64,000 bases of DNA, taken from positions 64,001-128,000 of IMG/VR virus record IMGVR_UViG_3300028840_006907. One strand, 5' to 3'. Below the pieces are notes generated by a model, which worked only from the letters and a program-made list of their open reading frames with translations, did not search any database and was not told where the DNA came from. Below, in pieces: positions 46,655-55,328 of this stretch. The stretch is from a virus. The position numbers were made by a program, and so were the translations under genes. Numbering within the stretch: position 1 is the first letter of the stretch; every line of letters begins with the position of its first letter.

Positions 46655-47758
46655 ATGAAATTGTTTGTTACCGGTGGAGCAGGATTTATAGGAGCTAATT
46701 TCGTAAATTATTGGATTCAGAAACACCCCAATGACTATGTTACTGTTTTTGATAAATTAACGTATGCAGGGAATCTTAGTAGTTTATCAAAAGTAATGAA
46801 ACATCCTCATTTTAAATTCATTCGTGGGGATATTTTAGATTATAATTTATTATGCAAATCATTGAAAGAAGTAAGTACAGTTGTTCATTTCGCTGCGGAA
46901 TCCCATGTGGATCGGTCTCTTTCGGGATATGAAGCAGAGATGTTGTTTAATCGAACTAATTTGGATGGTACTATCACGCTTCTTCATGCTTGTTCTTTAA
47001 TGGATGTTGAGAGATTTCATCATGTCTCTACAGATGAGGTATATGGTGATTTAGGATATGATGATAAGCCATTTAATGAGAAATCACCCTATAATCCCCA
47101 TAACCCTTATGCTATAAGTAAAGCTGCGGCTGATTTTGCGGTTAGAGGATTTTCCCGTAGTCATGGGTTGGTATATACTATAAGTAATTGTACCAATAAT
47201 TATGGTAAATACCAAACCCCAGAAAAAATTATCCCTCGATCTATATGTCTTTTATTGCAGGATAAAAAGATTGAACTCTATACCGATGAACTAGGAAATC
47301 CAGGGACGAATATTCGAGATTGGATTTTTGTAGAAGATCATTGTAGGGCAATTGAGAAGATCCTTTTATATGGGAAAAATGGAGAAACTTATTGTATTGG
47401 TGGTAATTGTGAGCTAAAAAATATCGAATTGGTTAAAAAGATTTTAGCAATTATGTCAAAATTATTGGGTAAAACCTTTTTTGTTGAAAATAATGTCAAA
47501 CTAGTTAAAGACAGACCCGGGCATGATTTAAGATATGCTATGGATATTGAGAAGATTTCTTCTGAGTTGGACTGGATCCCTAAGCATTCATTTAATGAGG
47601 CATTTGAGTTAACCGTAAAGTGGTATTTATCAGAAGAAGGACAACAGTGGTTAAAATCAGTTGAAAAAACTTCTGGGGAAGTGAGAAAAGATCAGAGTAA
47701 AAAACATAAGAAGAGTTTTGATCTAAAGAATAAATTCAGCCATATTTTCAAACAGTAG
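46655..47758 (+). CDS. rmlB: dTDP-glucose 4,6-dehydratase
   Basis: MKLFVTGGAGFIGANFV Rossmann motif, catalytic YAISKAAAD, and typical RmlB length and pattern. Confidence 0.9.
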   Translation: MKLFVTGGAGFIGANFVNYWIQKHPNDYVTVFDKLTYAGNLSSLSKVMKHPHFKFIRGDILDYNLLCKSLKEVSTVVHFAAESHVDRSLSGYEAEMLFNRTNLDGTITLLHACSLMDVERFHHVSTDEVYGDLGYDDKPFNEKSPYNPHNPYAISKAAADFAVRGFSRSHGLVYTISNCTNNYGKYQTPEKIIPRSICLLLQDKKIELYTDELGNPGTNIRDWIFVEDHCRAIEKILLYGKNGETYCIGGNCELKNIELVKKILAIMSKLLGKTFFVENNVKLVKDRPGHDLRYAMDIEKISSELDWIPKHSFNEAFELTVKWYLSEEGQQWLKSVEKTSGEVRKDQSKKHKKSFDLKNKFSHIFKQ

Positions 47759-47760
47759 AA

Positions 47761-47789
47761 GTTGGCCTCTCCTATAAGAAGAGGCCAAC
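47761..47789 (+). terminator. hairpin terminator after rmlB
   Basis: 10-bp stem gttggcctct/agaggccaac. The T-tract is weak. Confidence 0.5.
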
Positions 47790-47872
47790 CATTCTTTAAG
47801 TGGTATACACAACTTAAAGAGCGGTCCTTCATGTTAACGTAGGTAATTTTCTCTGTAAGTTGTTGATTTATA

Positions 47873-48282
47873 TGGAGGTGAGGAGAGTTGAACTCCTGTC
47901 CGCGAAGGTATCTTGAGTAAACCTCTACATGTTTAGTCTATGGTTTAAATCTTATTCATAATCACGTTCACAGACAAACTTAATTAAGAACCAGTCTCTA
48001 GTCTCATTCATTGGTCAAGACTCCTCAATGAACCAGAACCCGTTTGGCTATCCGGAATTAACAGGGTTCAGTTAAAACCGGATTTGTCGTTTTTTGTTTA
48101 AACGACGGCTTCTTCTGCTTGATGAATAGCAGCAAGGTTAAGTGCTGAAAACATCGCACAGAAGTTAACTGTATTAGTTTTTTCAGTTATTATTGAAATC
48201 GGCTTTTTTACGAGGCCAACCGATTAACCTCGACATGCAGTTTACATTTCAACTCATCACGTCGAAAACCAAGTACACCCCC
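47873..48282 (-). ncRNA. ssrA: tmRNA
   Basis: 5' end GGGGGTGTACTTGGTTTTCGACG. 3' end AGGAGTTCAACTCTCCTCACCTCCA (T-arm plus acceptor). Acceptor GGGGGTG/CACCTCC has a G3-U70 pair (Ala identity). CCA is not encoded. Confidence 0.85.
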
Positions 48283-48305
48283 AGAATTATCAAAGAACTA
48301 TTAAT

Positions 48306-48334
48306 AGTATAAACTATTTCAATGAAAATATCAA
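48306..48334 (-). promoter_or_regulatory. sigma70-like promoter of the tmRNA
   Basis: Minus strand reads TTGATA, 17 nt, TATACT. It ends 23 nt upstream of the tmRNA 5' end. Confidence 0.6.
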
Positions 48335-48382
48335 ATGTTTTTATCTTTATAAGGCTGTTTTTTAATTAGACTAAATACTAAT

Positions 48383-49201
48383 TTAACTTGATAAAGTTAA
48401 GCTTGGCACTTTTTTAATAGTAGTCTCAGTTTTACTCTCTTCAAAACTGACACCAACAGTAGTCTCATAAAAATCATATAATTTCTCTAATTGTTCTTCC
48501 AATCTTTGATTTGATTCAATAGCTATTTCTCTCGCTTGTTTAAACATGTTATAAGCCATTTTTAAATAATCTTCTTTGTTTTCATCGTAAGCTTCACGAA
48601 TTTCTTCCCTTGATACTTCCATTTTATCACTACAATAAAAATTATCAAAAAACTGGCTAGTTAATTCATATAGTATGATAGCTTTTTTCTCAGCATATTC
48701 TTTAAATTCATTATCAGTCATTTTATCAATATGATTTTGTTTAAATGCTGTAATCATGAGTTCTTTGACATCTCTACACATAATTAAATCTACAAGAGTG
48801 GCAAATGCTTTGTAATCTTCATGAGATGTGACATTTTTACTATCTTTAATATGTGGCATAAGAAGTTTACCATAAGTATTAAGCATGGCTGAACGGGAGA
48901 TAATTAATTGTTCTTCAACAGCAGACATTTGAGCTTTAAGAGTTTCCTGATATTTGATATTGCTATATACAGACATCACTTCAATTGTTTTTACCACGGT
49001 TTTTTTGAAATCAATGTTATGAGGGCATTTTTCATGAGGGGATGTTTTTCCTCCTTTTTGTGTCCCCAGTGCGAATACGAAAGATTTACCTATTTTTATA
49101 TATGGTTTTCCAAGAAAAATGATGATTAGTAATGTGATTAGGATAATGAGCAACACAGTCATAAGTTGCCAAAACTCAAATTTACTTAGAAATTCGACCA
49201 T
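48383..49201 (-). CDS. membrane-anchored hypothetical protein
   Basis: N-terminal TM helix. Confidence 0.6.
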   Translation of the reverse strand: MVEFLSKFEFWQLMTVLLIILITLLIIIFLGKPYIKIGKSFVFALGTQKGGKTSPHEKCPHNIDFKKTVVKTIEVMSVYSNIKYQETLKAQMSAVEEQLIISRSAMLNTYGKLLMPHIKDSKNVTSHEDYKAFATLVDLIMCRDVKELMITAFKQNHIDKMTDNEFKEYAEKKAIILYELTSQFFDNFYCSDKMEVSREEIREAYDENKEDYLKMAYNMFKQAREIAIESNQRLEEQLEKLYDFYETTVGVSFEESKTETTIKKVPSLTLSS

Positions 49202-49300
49202 AAGATAAACTCCTCCGAAATATTTAAACGATTAAAATGCTGTTATCTTGTTGCAATTTCTGTTTAATAAATTTTCGGTATTAATACATTATTGGAGTTT

Positions 49301-49651
49301 TTAGCTCTTTTTGATGAATTTTTTAGTGAGTGCTGTAAAACGATTGTGTCTAATCTCTTCTTTTTTTGGCTCCATTCTAAGGATCTTATTACTCCATAAA
49401 AATTCGCCTTTTTTTAGTATAAACCATATATCTTCTTCTACTAAATAACCCAATTCAAGATGGTCATGTTTCTTAAATAGTCTCCCTAAAACATTTATAA
49501 TGTCATCTGGAATGATAAAGGTTATGACAGAATTTCTAAGATTTGCTACGAATTGCTTTATTTCGGTTTTTTTTATTGGGTCAATAATTTTTTCTATTAA
49601 AACAGTGACTGTATTTTTTCTTAGAATTTTGTTAGTATAAAAATTGTGCAT
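49301..49651 (-). CDS. hypothetical protein (paralog of 50631..50987)
   Basis: AAGGAG precedes the internal ATG (MHNFYTNK). The longer track ORF overlaps the amidase 3' end. Shared C-terminal pattern WF(I/V)L..GE(F/I)LWSN...RF(T/N)..TAL. Confidence 0.55.
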   Translation of the reverse strand: MHNFYTNKILRKNTVTVLIEKIIDPIKKTEIKQFVANLRNSVITFIIPDDIINVLGRLFKKHDHLELGYLVEEDIWFILKKGEFLWSNKILRMEPKKEEIRHNRFTALTKKFIKKS

Positions 49652-49706
49652 TATTGTTCTCCTTAACAATAATACACAATTTAGGTAAGAAAGATTTAGA
49701 AAAAAA

Positions 49707-50627
49707 TTAAATAATTTTATCCCAGTCGAATCCTGGGCCAATATCAAGTTTTCCATAGCCTCGATAGTTTACATGTGAACAAATTCCCTGGAAAGTCTGA
49801 GCTTCCTCTTTAGAAGGGAATAATCTGTAACGTTTATTCTCTGGAAGTAGTTCATGAGGAATATTGAATCTACTACATAGATAGGCTAATAAGTTACGAA
49901 GAGAGTCATATTGCTCTTCTGTGAAAGTAGCAAAATACGTATATTTGCGAAATGGCGTATCCAATTTAACATAAAATTCATCTTCATTAATGCCACAATA
50001 TTTCGTTCCGTAAACGGTATGTAAGTCTCCATTCTCTCTTACCAATGGGCCTATATTGGATAATTCAATAGCGATACTTCGTTTCGAATTTATACCATTT
50101 CCACCGACAGATCCTCGGCCCAGATGGTATGACCAATATCTTGGATCAAAAAGCTCGTATACAACACCATTTCGGCCTATCACATAAGCCGTAGACATAT
50201 GGACATCCTGCTCAGTCAGAGAGGCTAAATCACTCCGTAAAAACCCAACTGTAAAATGCAAGACTACCATATCTTTATCATATTCTGTCTCATAATAATA
50301 GCCAGTCACACCCTTTGGAGTTAAAATCGATAAAGGGAAAGTGAATGACCCATCTTCTTTCACATCATAAGAGACTCCGTCAGTATCTTTTTTTGTCCTT
50401 TCAAATTTTTCCTCGTGATTAGTAATACCTTCAGGGTACATCATTACCTCCTTTGTCTGATTGGTATTATCCTTTTCTGGTTCTTCTTTAATAGGCTCCG
50501 GCATTAAAGAAGTAGATGCAATAACTGATTCTTTTATTTTTGGTTGATCAGTTATTTTTTTGTTTGACTCGGTATTTGCAAACATTTGGCTTAAAAACCT
50601 GAAAAATGATTCTAATAAATTTTTCAT
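49707..50627 (-). CDS. N-acetylmuramoyl-L-alanine amidase-like lysin candidate
   Basis: The C-terminal ~190 aa (VLHFTVG...STAYVIGRNGVVYELFDPRYWSYHLG...SIAIELSNIG) resembles the Amidase_2/PGRP core. Confidence 0.5.
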   Translation of the reverse strand: MKNLLESFFRFLSQMFANTESNKKITDQPKIKESVIASTSLMPEPIKEEPEKDNTNQTKEVMMYPEGITNHEEKFERTKKDTDGVSYDVKEDGSFTFPLSILTPKGVTGYYYETEYDKDMVVLHFTVGFLRSDLASLTEQDVHMSTAYVIGRNGVVYELFDPRYWSYHLGRGSVGGNGINSKRSIAIELSNIGPLVRENGDLHTVYGTKYCGINEDEFYVKLDTPFRKYTYFATFTEEQYDSLRNLLAYLCSRFNIPHELLPENKRYRLFPSKEEAQTFQGICSHVNYRGYGKLDIGPGFDWDKII

Positions 50628-50630
50628 AGT

Positions 50631-50987
50631 TTAACCTCCTTCCTTTATAAGTGCAGTATACCGATTGAACCTTTTCTTTGGTTCTGATTTTACTTCTTTA
50701 GGTTTTTCTGTAGTGATTTTAAAGTTACTCCATAGAATTTCCTCACCTAGAATCACAAACCATAATCTGTGTTTTCGGATATAACCTACATCACATATAT
50801 TATTTTTAAGAAGTACTTGATTAATTTTATAAAGAGTACCATTTGGTATCTTTAAACTAATCGTCCTATCTACATTGCGTGCATAAGTATCACCACCCTC
50901 CGTAAAAAGTAATACTTTGTTATAAGTGTCTTGTAATTCATCTATGGGAACATAAATAGGAAATTTTTTACTCATAATTCTACCCAA
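50631..50987 (-). CDS. hypothetical protein (paralog of 49301..49651)
   Basis: See the paralog at 49301..49651. Confidence 0.55.
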   Translation of the reverse strand: MGRIMSKKFPIYVPIDELQDTYNKVLLFTEGGDTYARNVDRTISLKIPNGTLYKINQVLLKNNICDVGYIRKHRLWFVILGEEILWSNFKITTEKPKEVKSEPKKRFNRYTALIKEGG

Positions 50988-51305
50988 TTCATTATATATT
51001 TAAAATTCACCCTCAATACATTATACAAGATGTATAAGAGAGAAATTTGGTACTATTTTACTTTTTGAATATATTTAAGAGTACATCTTCAACTTTTTGC
51101 TTTGTAAGTTTTGTCTTTTTAGTGGCATATAGATATTGAATATCCAATAAATATTTCTTGGCTTCATTCATCTCATTTGAGGTATCTGTCTTTGATGTTT
51201 TTAAGTCCATAAGGTTAAAAAATAAAATTAAAGGATTATTACAGAAATTAATTATATTAAAAACAGATTTATAAAGAAAAAAACCATATTTACAAGAGAA
51301 CTACC

Positions 51306-51479
51306 ATGCCGAAATGTAGCGTATGTGGCCAGGATAAAGGAACTGTTGATAGAAATATGTTTGATGGTATGTGTGCTGAATGTACGGATAAAGCTTTATA
51401 TGACCCTTCAGTTAGTAAAAAGGCTGAAGAGAATAATAAATTACTTAAACAATTAAATGAATTGAACATTTTTTAGGAT
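51306..51479 (+). CDS. small zinc-ribbon protein (57 aa)
   Basis: MPKCSVCGQ...GMCAECTDK, hand-translated. Confidence 0.4.
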
Positions 51480-51484
51480 TAATT

Positions 51485-51946
51485 ATGCTAGATAAAGTAC
51501 CTACATTATATGTATTAATCGGTATCCCGGGTTCAGGGAAGAGCCGTTGGGCCATAAAGAATTCTCAGTATTACCGAATATGTCCTGATGATATGATGAA
51601 TCAGAAGAATAATATCAATGCTCATTTAATTGTAAGAGGAATGTTGATCACAGCTTTAAAATTTGGTATAGACACCGTTTTAGACGGGACTAATCTTAAT
51701 ACACGTTTTCGTAGAGAGATGTTTGCTAAACTCCCATTTCATAAAAGATGTGCAAAAATGTTTGAGATAGATCCTGAAATAGCTTTTGACCGCATGAGCA
51801 AAGATATAAAAGACGGTATTTATAGAGCCGATGTACCTAAATCCACATTTTATCGATATTATGGAGATTTTTTATATTGTAAAGAGGCTGTGAAAGAAGA
51901 AGAAGAATTCGATTCGATAGATTATGTTGATCAGGATTCATTTTAA
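51485..51946 (+). CDS. P-loop kinase (AAA_33 / polynucleotide-kinase-like)
   Basis: LIGIPGSGKS Walker A; ~150 aa. Confidence 0.55.
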   Translation: MLDKVPTLYVLIGIPGSGKSRWAIKNSQYYRICPDDMMNQKNNINAHLIVRGMLITALKFGIDTVLDGTNLNTRFRREMFAKLPFHKRCAKMFEIDPEIAFDRMSKDIKDGIYRADVPKSTFYRYYGDFLYCKEAVKEEEEFDSIDYVDQDSF

Positions 51947-52063
51947 GTCATCTACTTCAAAGACCCACAGAAAAACCATATATAGTAAGAAAAAATCTGT
52001 TTTCTCTGAAAAATGTATTATTTTAATATCTATATATAATATAGAGCATAGGAGGAAACTGAT

Positions 52064-52522
52064 ATGAATATAAGAGATAGAGTGTTAGATCTTTTAGAGA
52101 AAAGTTCGAAACCCTTATCTTCAGAAGAAATTGCAAAGCAATTGAAGCTAACTAATCGGCAGGTTCAAGAAGCAAACACAAAACTTAAAAGACAAAAGCG
52201 TATTAAATCACATGGTATTCGTCCATGTAAGTTTTCGTTTCTCACAAGAGAACTAGGGACAAAACTATCAACCAAAAAAGTCGAAAAGAAAAAAACTGAA
52301 AAGAAGAAAACGACTGTTAAAAATAGTTCTTCTTTTAAATTTAATGGCTACATATTGATGTTTTTAACGGAGGATTCTCCTGACCCTAAGATGCTCCATG
52401 ATTTTGATAATGCTAAAGAATTAACTGATAAATTCGAAGAACTTCAAGATATGGATGGATTGATTGATATAGCGGCTTATTCAAAAATTGGGATGGTTCG
52501 AAAACTACAATTAGAAATTTAA
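52064..52522 (+). CDS. winged-helix DNA-binding protein
   Basis: N-terminal RVLDLLEKSSKPLSSEEIAKQLKLTNRQV, wHTH-like. Confidence 0.45.
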   Translation: MNIRDRVLDLLEKSSKPLSSEEIAKQLKLTNRQVQEANTKLKRQKRIKSHGIRPCKFSFLTRELGTKLSTKKVEKKKTEKKKTTVKNSSSFKFNGYILMFLTEDSPDPKMLHDFDNAKELTDKFEELQDMDGLIDIAAYSKIGMVRKLQLEI

Positions 52523-52523
52523 T

Positions 52524-53405
52524 TTATTTGTCTATATAGTGATAGCCCATTTTCTCCCACTGCTCTCTGAATTGAATAGCTTCATATTCTATCCCTAATA
52601 AATTTATTAGTATCTTTTCACTCTTTTTTGTTTTTTGTTGAATAGCTTGTTTAGTGATTTTATAAGAGTTAGCTAATTCTTCAAAAGTCCATTTACCTTT
52701 ATTATCCAAATTATACCGATGGATAATAATATTTTGTTGTTGTTCATTTAAATAGTTTTTTATGACTCTTCGAATGATAACATCTATTTCCGAATTCTCA
52801 TATTCTTTTCCGGTTAAGTAATGTTCATCAAGATCAGGTATATTATTTATTAGAAGGATGTCTTCAATTTCATTTCCATTACCTATGGGTTCATAGAGAG
52901 ATTCAACTTTTAATAATTTAAATCTCAATTTTTCCTTTTCTGTATATCTAATGTGAGGCATGTATTTTGTAATTATATTCTTTCTCGCTATTGGTGGTAT
53001 CATACTCATTATAAAAGTGGTCTCTTTATAAGCTGGGTTATAGCATTTACTTGAATGGGTGAGAATAGTAAGATTGATTTCATTTATAATATCCTGATAT
53101 TCTACTCCACCTTGTAAAGAGGTATATATCTTCTTTGCTATATTCACGACTATTCCTTCGTGTTTGGCTGGATCTATACGGTATATCTGTCGTATTAAAA
53201 TTTCTTTTCCTTTTATGGATGGTGAAGGTCTTTCTTTAAAGAGGCGGTATTCAGCTATTTTATTTTTTATTTGTTTAATTCCCGCTTTTTTGGCTGTCTT
53301 TTCATCGGTACAATTTGTTACTACTGCTGTGAATACTCTTTTGGAACCACTGAGATTTAATTTATCAGCTTTACCTTGTAATTTTACCTTAACTTCAAAT
53401 AGCAT
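52524..53405 (-). CDS. sigma-factor-like protein
   Basis: C-terminal LNEQQQNIIIHRYNLDNKGKWTFEELANSYKITKQAIQQKTKKSEKIL resembles sigma70 region 4. Confidence 0.55.
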   Translation of the reverse strand: MLFEVKVKLQGKADKLNLSGSKRVFTAVVTNCTDEKTAKKAGIKQIKNKIAEYRLFKERPSPSIKGKEILIRQIYRIDPAKHEGIVVNIAKKIYTSLQGGVEYQDIINEINLTILTHSSKCYNPAYKETTFIMSMIPPIARKNIITKYMPHIRYTEKEKLRFKLLKVESLYEPIGNGNEIEDILLINNIPDLDEHYLTGKEYENSEIDVIIRRVIKNYLNEQQQNIIIHRYNLDNKGKWTFEELANSYKITKQAIQQKTKKSEKILINLLGIEYEAIQFREQWEKMGYHYIDK

Positions 53406-53564
53406 TATAACTCTCTTATTTTTTATATGAATATTTTCCAGGAATCACCCTAGCATGATCTGTGATATTTTGTTGTGGAATTTATTTAAATTACAGTTTA
53501 TGGGATTCTAATTATGACATGAATATTTAAAGAATATTACGATTTAATTTATTTGAAGAAGTTG

Positions 53565-53593
53565 TTGACTTTTTATTCGAAATTGAGTATACT
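53565..53593 (+). promoter_or_regulatory. sigma70-like promoter
   Basis: TTGACT, 17 nt, TATACT. Confidence 0.6.
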
Positions 53594-53632
53594 ATACAAA
53601 TAGCAAATGAAATTTAAATTAAAGAAGGAAAA

Positions 53633-53722
53633 ATGACTTCAATAAATCTAAGCGCAATTATAAAAACAGCGGGAGCCACCGGGACAACAGTCGTAGTGGG
53701 TACGGCAGGAGTATTGCCTTAG
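53633..53722 (+). CDS. 29-aa Gly/Thr/Ala/Val-rich peptide
   Basis: MTSINLSAIIKTAGATGTTVVVGTAGVLP. AAGGAA RBS. Lies between the promoter and the terminator. Confidence 0.3.
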   Translation: MTSINLSAIIKTAGATGTTVVVGTAGVLP

Positions 53723-53756
53723 AGGAAGTCTATATTATATATAAAGTCAAAGAAAA

Positions 53757-53792
53757 AGGACTTCCTCGATAAAAAGAGGGAGTCCTTTTTTT
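53757..53792 (+). terminator. rho-independent terminator
   Basis: Stem aggacttcctc/gagggagtcct (1 mismatch) followed by T7. Confidence 0.65.
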
Positions 53793-53794
53793 AT

Positions 53795-53868
53795 GCCGGA
53801 ATAGCTCAGTTGGCCAGAGCGGTTGATTTGTAATCAATTCGTCGGGGGTTCGAATCCCTCTTTCGGCT
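53795..53868 (+). tRNA. tRNA-Thr(TGT)
   Basis: Acceptor GCCGGAA/TTTCGGC, anticodon loop TTTGTAA, T-loop TTCGAAT. Confidence 0.85.
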
Positions 53869-53934
53869 TGTAAATTTATTTGGAAAGGAGATGACATGAT
53901 GGCGAAAGTGTGATACTTAAACAAAGGAGCCGTT

Positions 53935-54234
53935 ATGTCTCATCCGAAAAACAAAAGAGAACGTTTTCTTATTGGGAAACGTAAAGGGGAAAAACGTTCT
54001 TATTTGTATTGGAGTGGTTATTCCAATTGGTTTGACCTTCCAGATTATTTCTATAAGAAAAGCCCTCGTAATAAGGGTGTTGAGTATGAGGAGAAAAAGA
54101 GATTACTCGAAAAGAGTAAAGCAATAAGAAGGGATACAACAAAGTTATGCTCTTGTCCTCAGTGTGGAAATCCGCGCAGACATTTTAAAGAGCGTACTTT
54201 ACAAGAAAAAAGATATTTTACTGCGGGGGGCTAG
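53935..54234 (+). CDS. basic hypothetical protein with CxxC
   Basis: ORF track. Its 3' end overlaps the next tRNA by ~13 nt. Confidence 0.5.
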   Translation: MSHPKNKRERFLIGKRKGEKRSYLYWSGYSNWFDLPDYFYKKSPRNKGVEYEEKKRLLEKSKAIRRDTTKLCSCPQCGNPRRHFKERTLQEKRYFTAGG

Positions 54235-54294
54235 GCCTGGTGGTCTGGCAGGTCTCATAAGCCTGCAACTCAAGTTCAATTCTTGGCCCCGCAA
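54222..54294 (+). tRNA. tRNA(CAT), Met or Ile2
   Basis: Acceptor TGCGGGG/CCCCGCA (U1-A72), anticodon loop CTCATAA, T-loop TTCAATT. The D/anticodon junction is tight. Confidence 0.65.
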
Positions 54295-54314
54295 ATGCAT
54301 ATAAAGGGGAAATA

Positions 54315-54683
54315 ATGGGAATGGATATACATGAGTGTTTTGAATATAAATTAAAATCATTTAATGAAATGGTTGCAAAGATCAATGAGAAACCGAAAGA
54401 AGATGAAGAGATCGATCTTGATAAACCTTATATCAGTCAATGGGATCATTTTGAGAGCTTCTTGAGGGAATTAATCTCTGATGATCACAGTCGGTTTAAA
54501 AGTGCTATTTTATGGCTTTTCTTTGCTGATGAAGAATTAGAGTTGCATGAAAAGATGAAAAACTTGTTTAACATATTAACAGATTTTGACGATAAACAAT
54601 TGATCTCTATGGTTTATGATTCGGGTTGTGATCGAGTGAAAGTTGATTTTGATAAATCGGAAAGTATAATTCATATGGAATAA
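54315..54683 (+). CDS. hypothetical acidic protein
   Basis: ORF track. Confidence 0.55.
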   Translation: MGMDIHECFEYKLKSFNEMVAKINEKPKEDEEIDLDKPYISQWDHFESFLRELISDDHSRFKSAILWLFFADEELELHEKMKNLFNILTDFDDKQLISMVYDSGCDRVKVDFDKSESIIHME

Positions 54684-54689
54684 AAATGG

Positions 54690-54765
54690 GGGCCGGAATG
54701 TTCCAAGGGGGCGAGAATGCCTTGCAAGCAATCTGCGGTGAGTTCGATTCTCACTCGGTCCACCA
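54690..54765 (+). tRNA. tRNA-Ala(TGC) with poorly paired D-arm
   Basis: Exactly 76 nt. G3-U70 present. Anticodon loop CTTGCAA, T-arm GTGAG-TTCGATT-CTCAC, CCA encoded. The D-stem (tgtt/gcga) has only 2 of 4 pairs. Confidence 0.6.
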
Positions 54766-54780
54766 TAAGTAAAATAACAA

Positions 54781-54908
54781 AATCTTTCAAAAGGAAGTAG
54801 GCTTAAGAGTAGCCACTTTAATGAGTGATGAAAGGCGATGTGCACACGAATTTCGTGGAGTAGTTATCCGAATAGTCTTTGGTGTAACAACACACCTTTT
54901 GAAAGATT
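54781..54908 (+). ncRNA. structured inter-tRNA element (unclassified)
   Basis: Perfect 14-bp closing stem aatctttcaaaagg/ccttttgaaagatt encloses ~100 nt with internal hairpins (cacgaatttcgtg; ggtgt..acacc). Confidence 0.35.
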
Positions 54909-54919
54909 ATTAATATAAT

Positions 54920-54994
54920 GCGAGTGTAGTTCAATGGCAGAACCCCACCCTTCCAAGGTGGTTGTTGTGAGTTCAAATCTCATCACTCGCTCCA
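54920..54994 (+). tRNA. tRNA-Gly(TCC)
   Basis: Acceptor GCGAGTG/CACTCGC, anticodon loop CTTCCAA, CCA encoded. Confidence 0.9.
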
Positions 54995-55001
54995 AATTTA
55001 T

Positions 55002-55076
55002 GCGGTAGTAGCTCAATGGTGGAGTTCCTCTTTGCCAAGGAGGAGGTTATCGGTTCAAGCCCGATCTACCGCTCCA
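55002..55076 (+). tRNA. tRNA-Gly(GCC)
   Basis: Acceptor GCGGTAG/CTACCGC, anticodon loop TTGCCAA, CCA encoded. Confidence 0.9.
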
Positions 55077-55166
55077 GGTCAAAGGCTCTGGCAGGTTGCC
55101 TTAAATAAAATGGGGTGTGGGTACCTAGGCACTTCTCACATCTCTGCCTGACCTGATTAAATTTAC

Positions 55167-55245
55167 GGGCGCGTAGCCTAGCTGGTTAGGGCACCTGTTT
55201 TACACGCAGGAGATTTCGTAGGTTCAAGTCCTACCGCGCCTACCA
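55167..55245 (+). tRNA. tRNA-Val(TAC)
   Basis: Acceptor GGGCGCG/CGCGCCT, anticodon loop TTTACAC, T-loop TTCAAGT, CCA encoded. Confidence 0.85.
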
Positions 55246-55253
55246 TAAATCAA

Positions 55254-55328
55254 GCCGGAGTAGCTCAGAGGCAGAGCAACGCTCTCGTAAAGCGTAGGTC
55301 AAGGGTTCAAGTCCCTTTTCCGGCTCCA
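55254..55328 (+). tRNA. tRNA-Thr(CGT)
   Basis: Acceptor GCCGGAG/TTCCGGC, anticodon loop CTCGTAA, CCA encoded. Confidence 0.9.

Noticed and set aside
48084-48200. A definite tmRNA tag-peptide sequence.
   Set aside because: Three frames give implausible or unusually long tags. Without a structural model of PK1 and the resume codon, I cannot choose between them.
49652-49756. N-terminal 34 residues of the 49301..49756 ORF.
   Set aside because: This part overlaps the amidase gene's 3' end. A strong AAGGAG precedes the internal ATG at 49651, and the resulting length matches its paralog.
53730-54845. Minus-strand ORFs 53730..53924 and 54576..54845.
   Set aside because: They are antisense to tRNA-Thr and tRNA-Ala and to a terminator, so they are artefacts.
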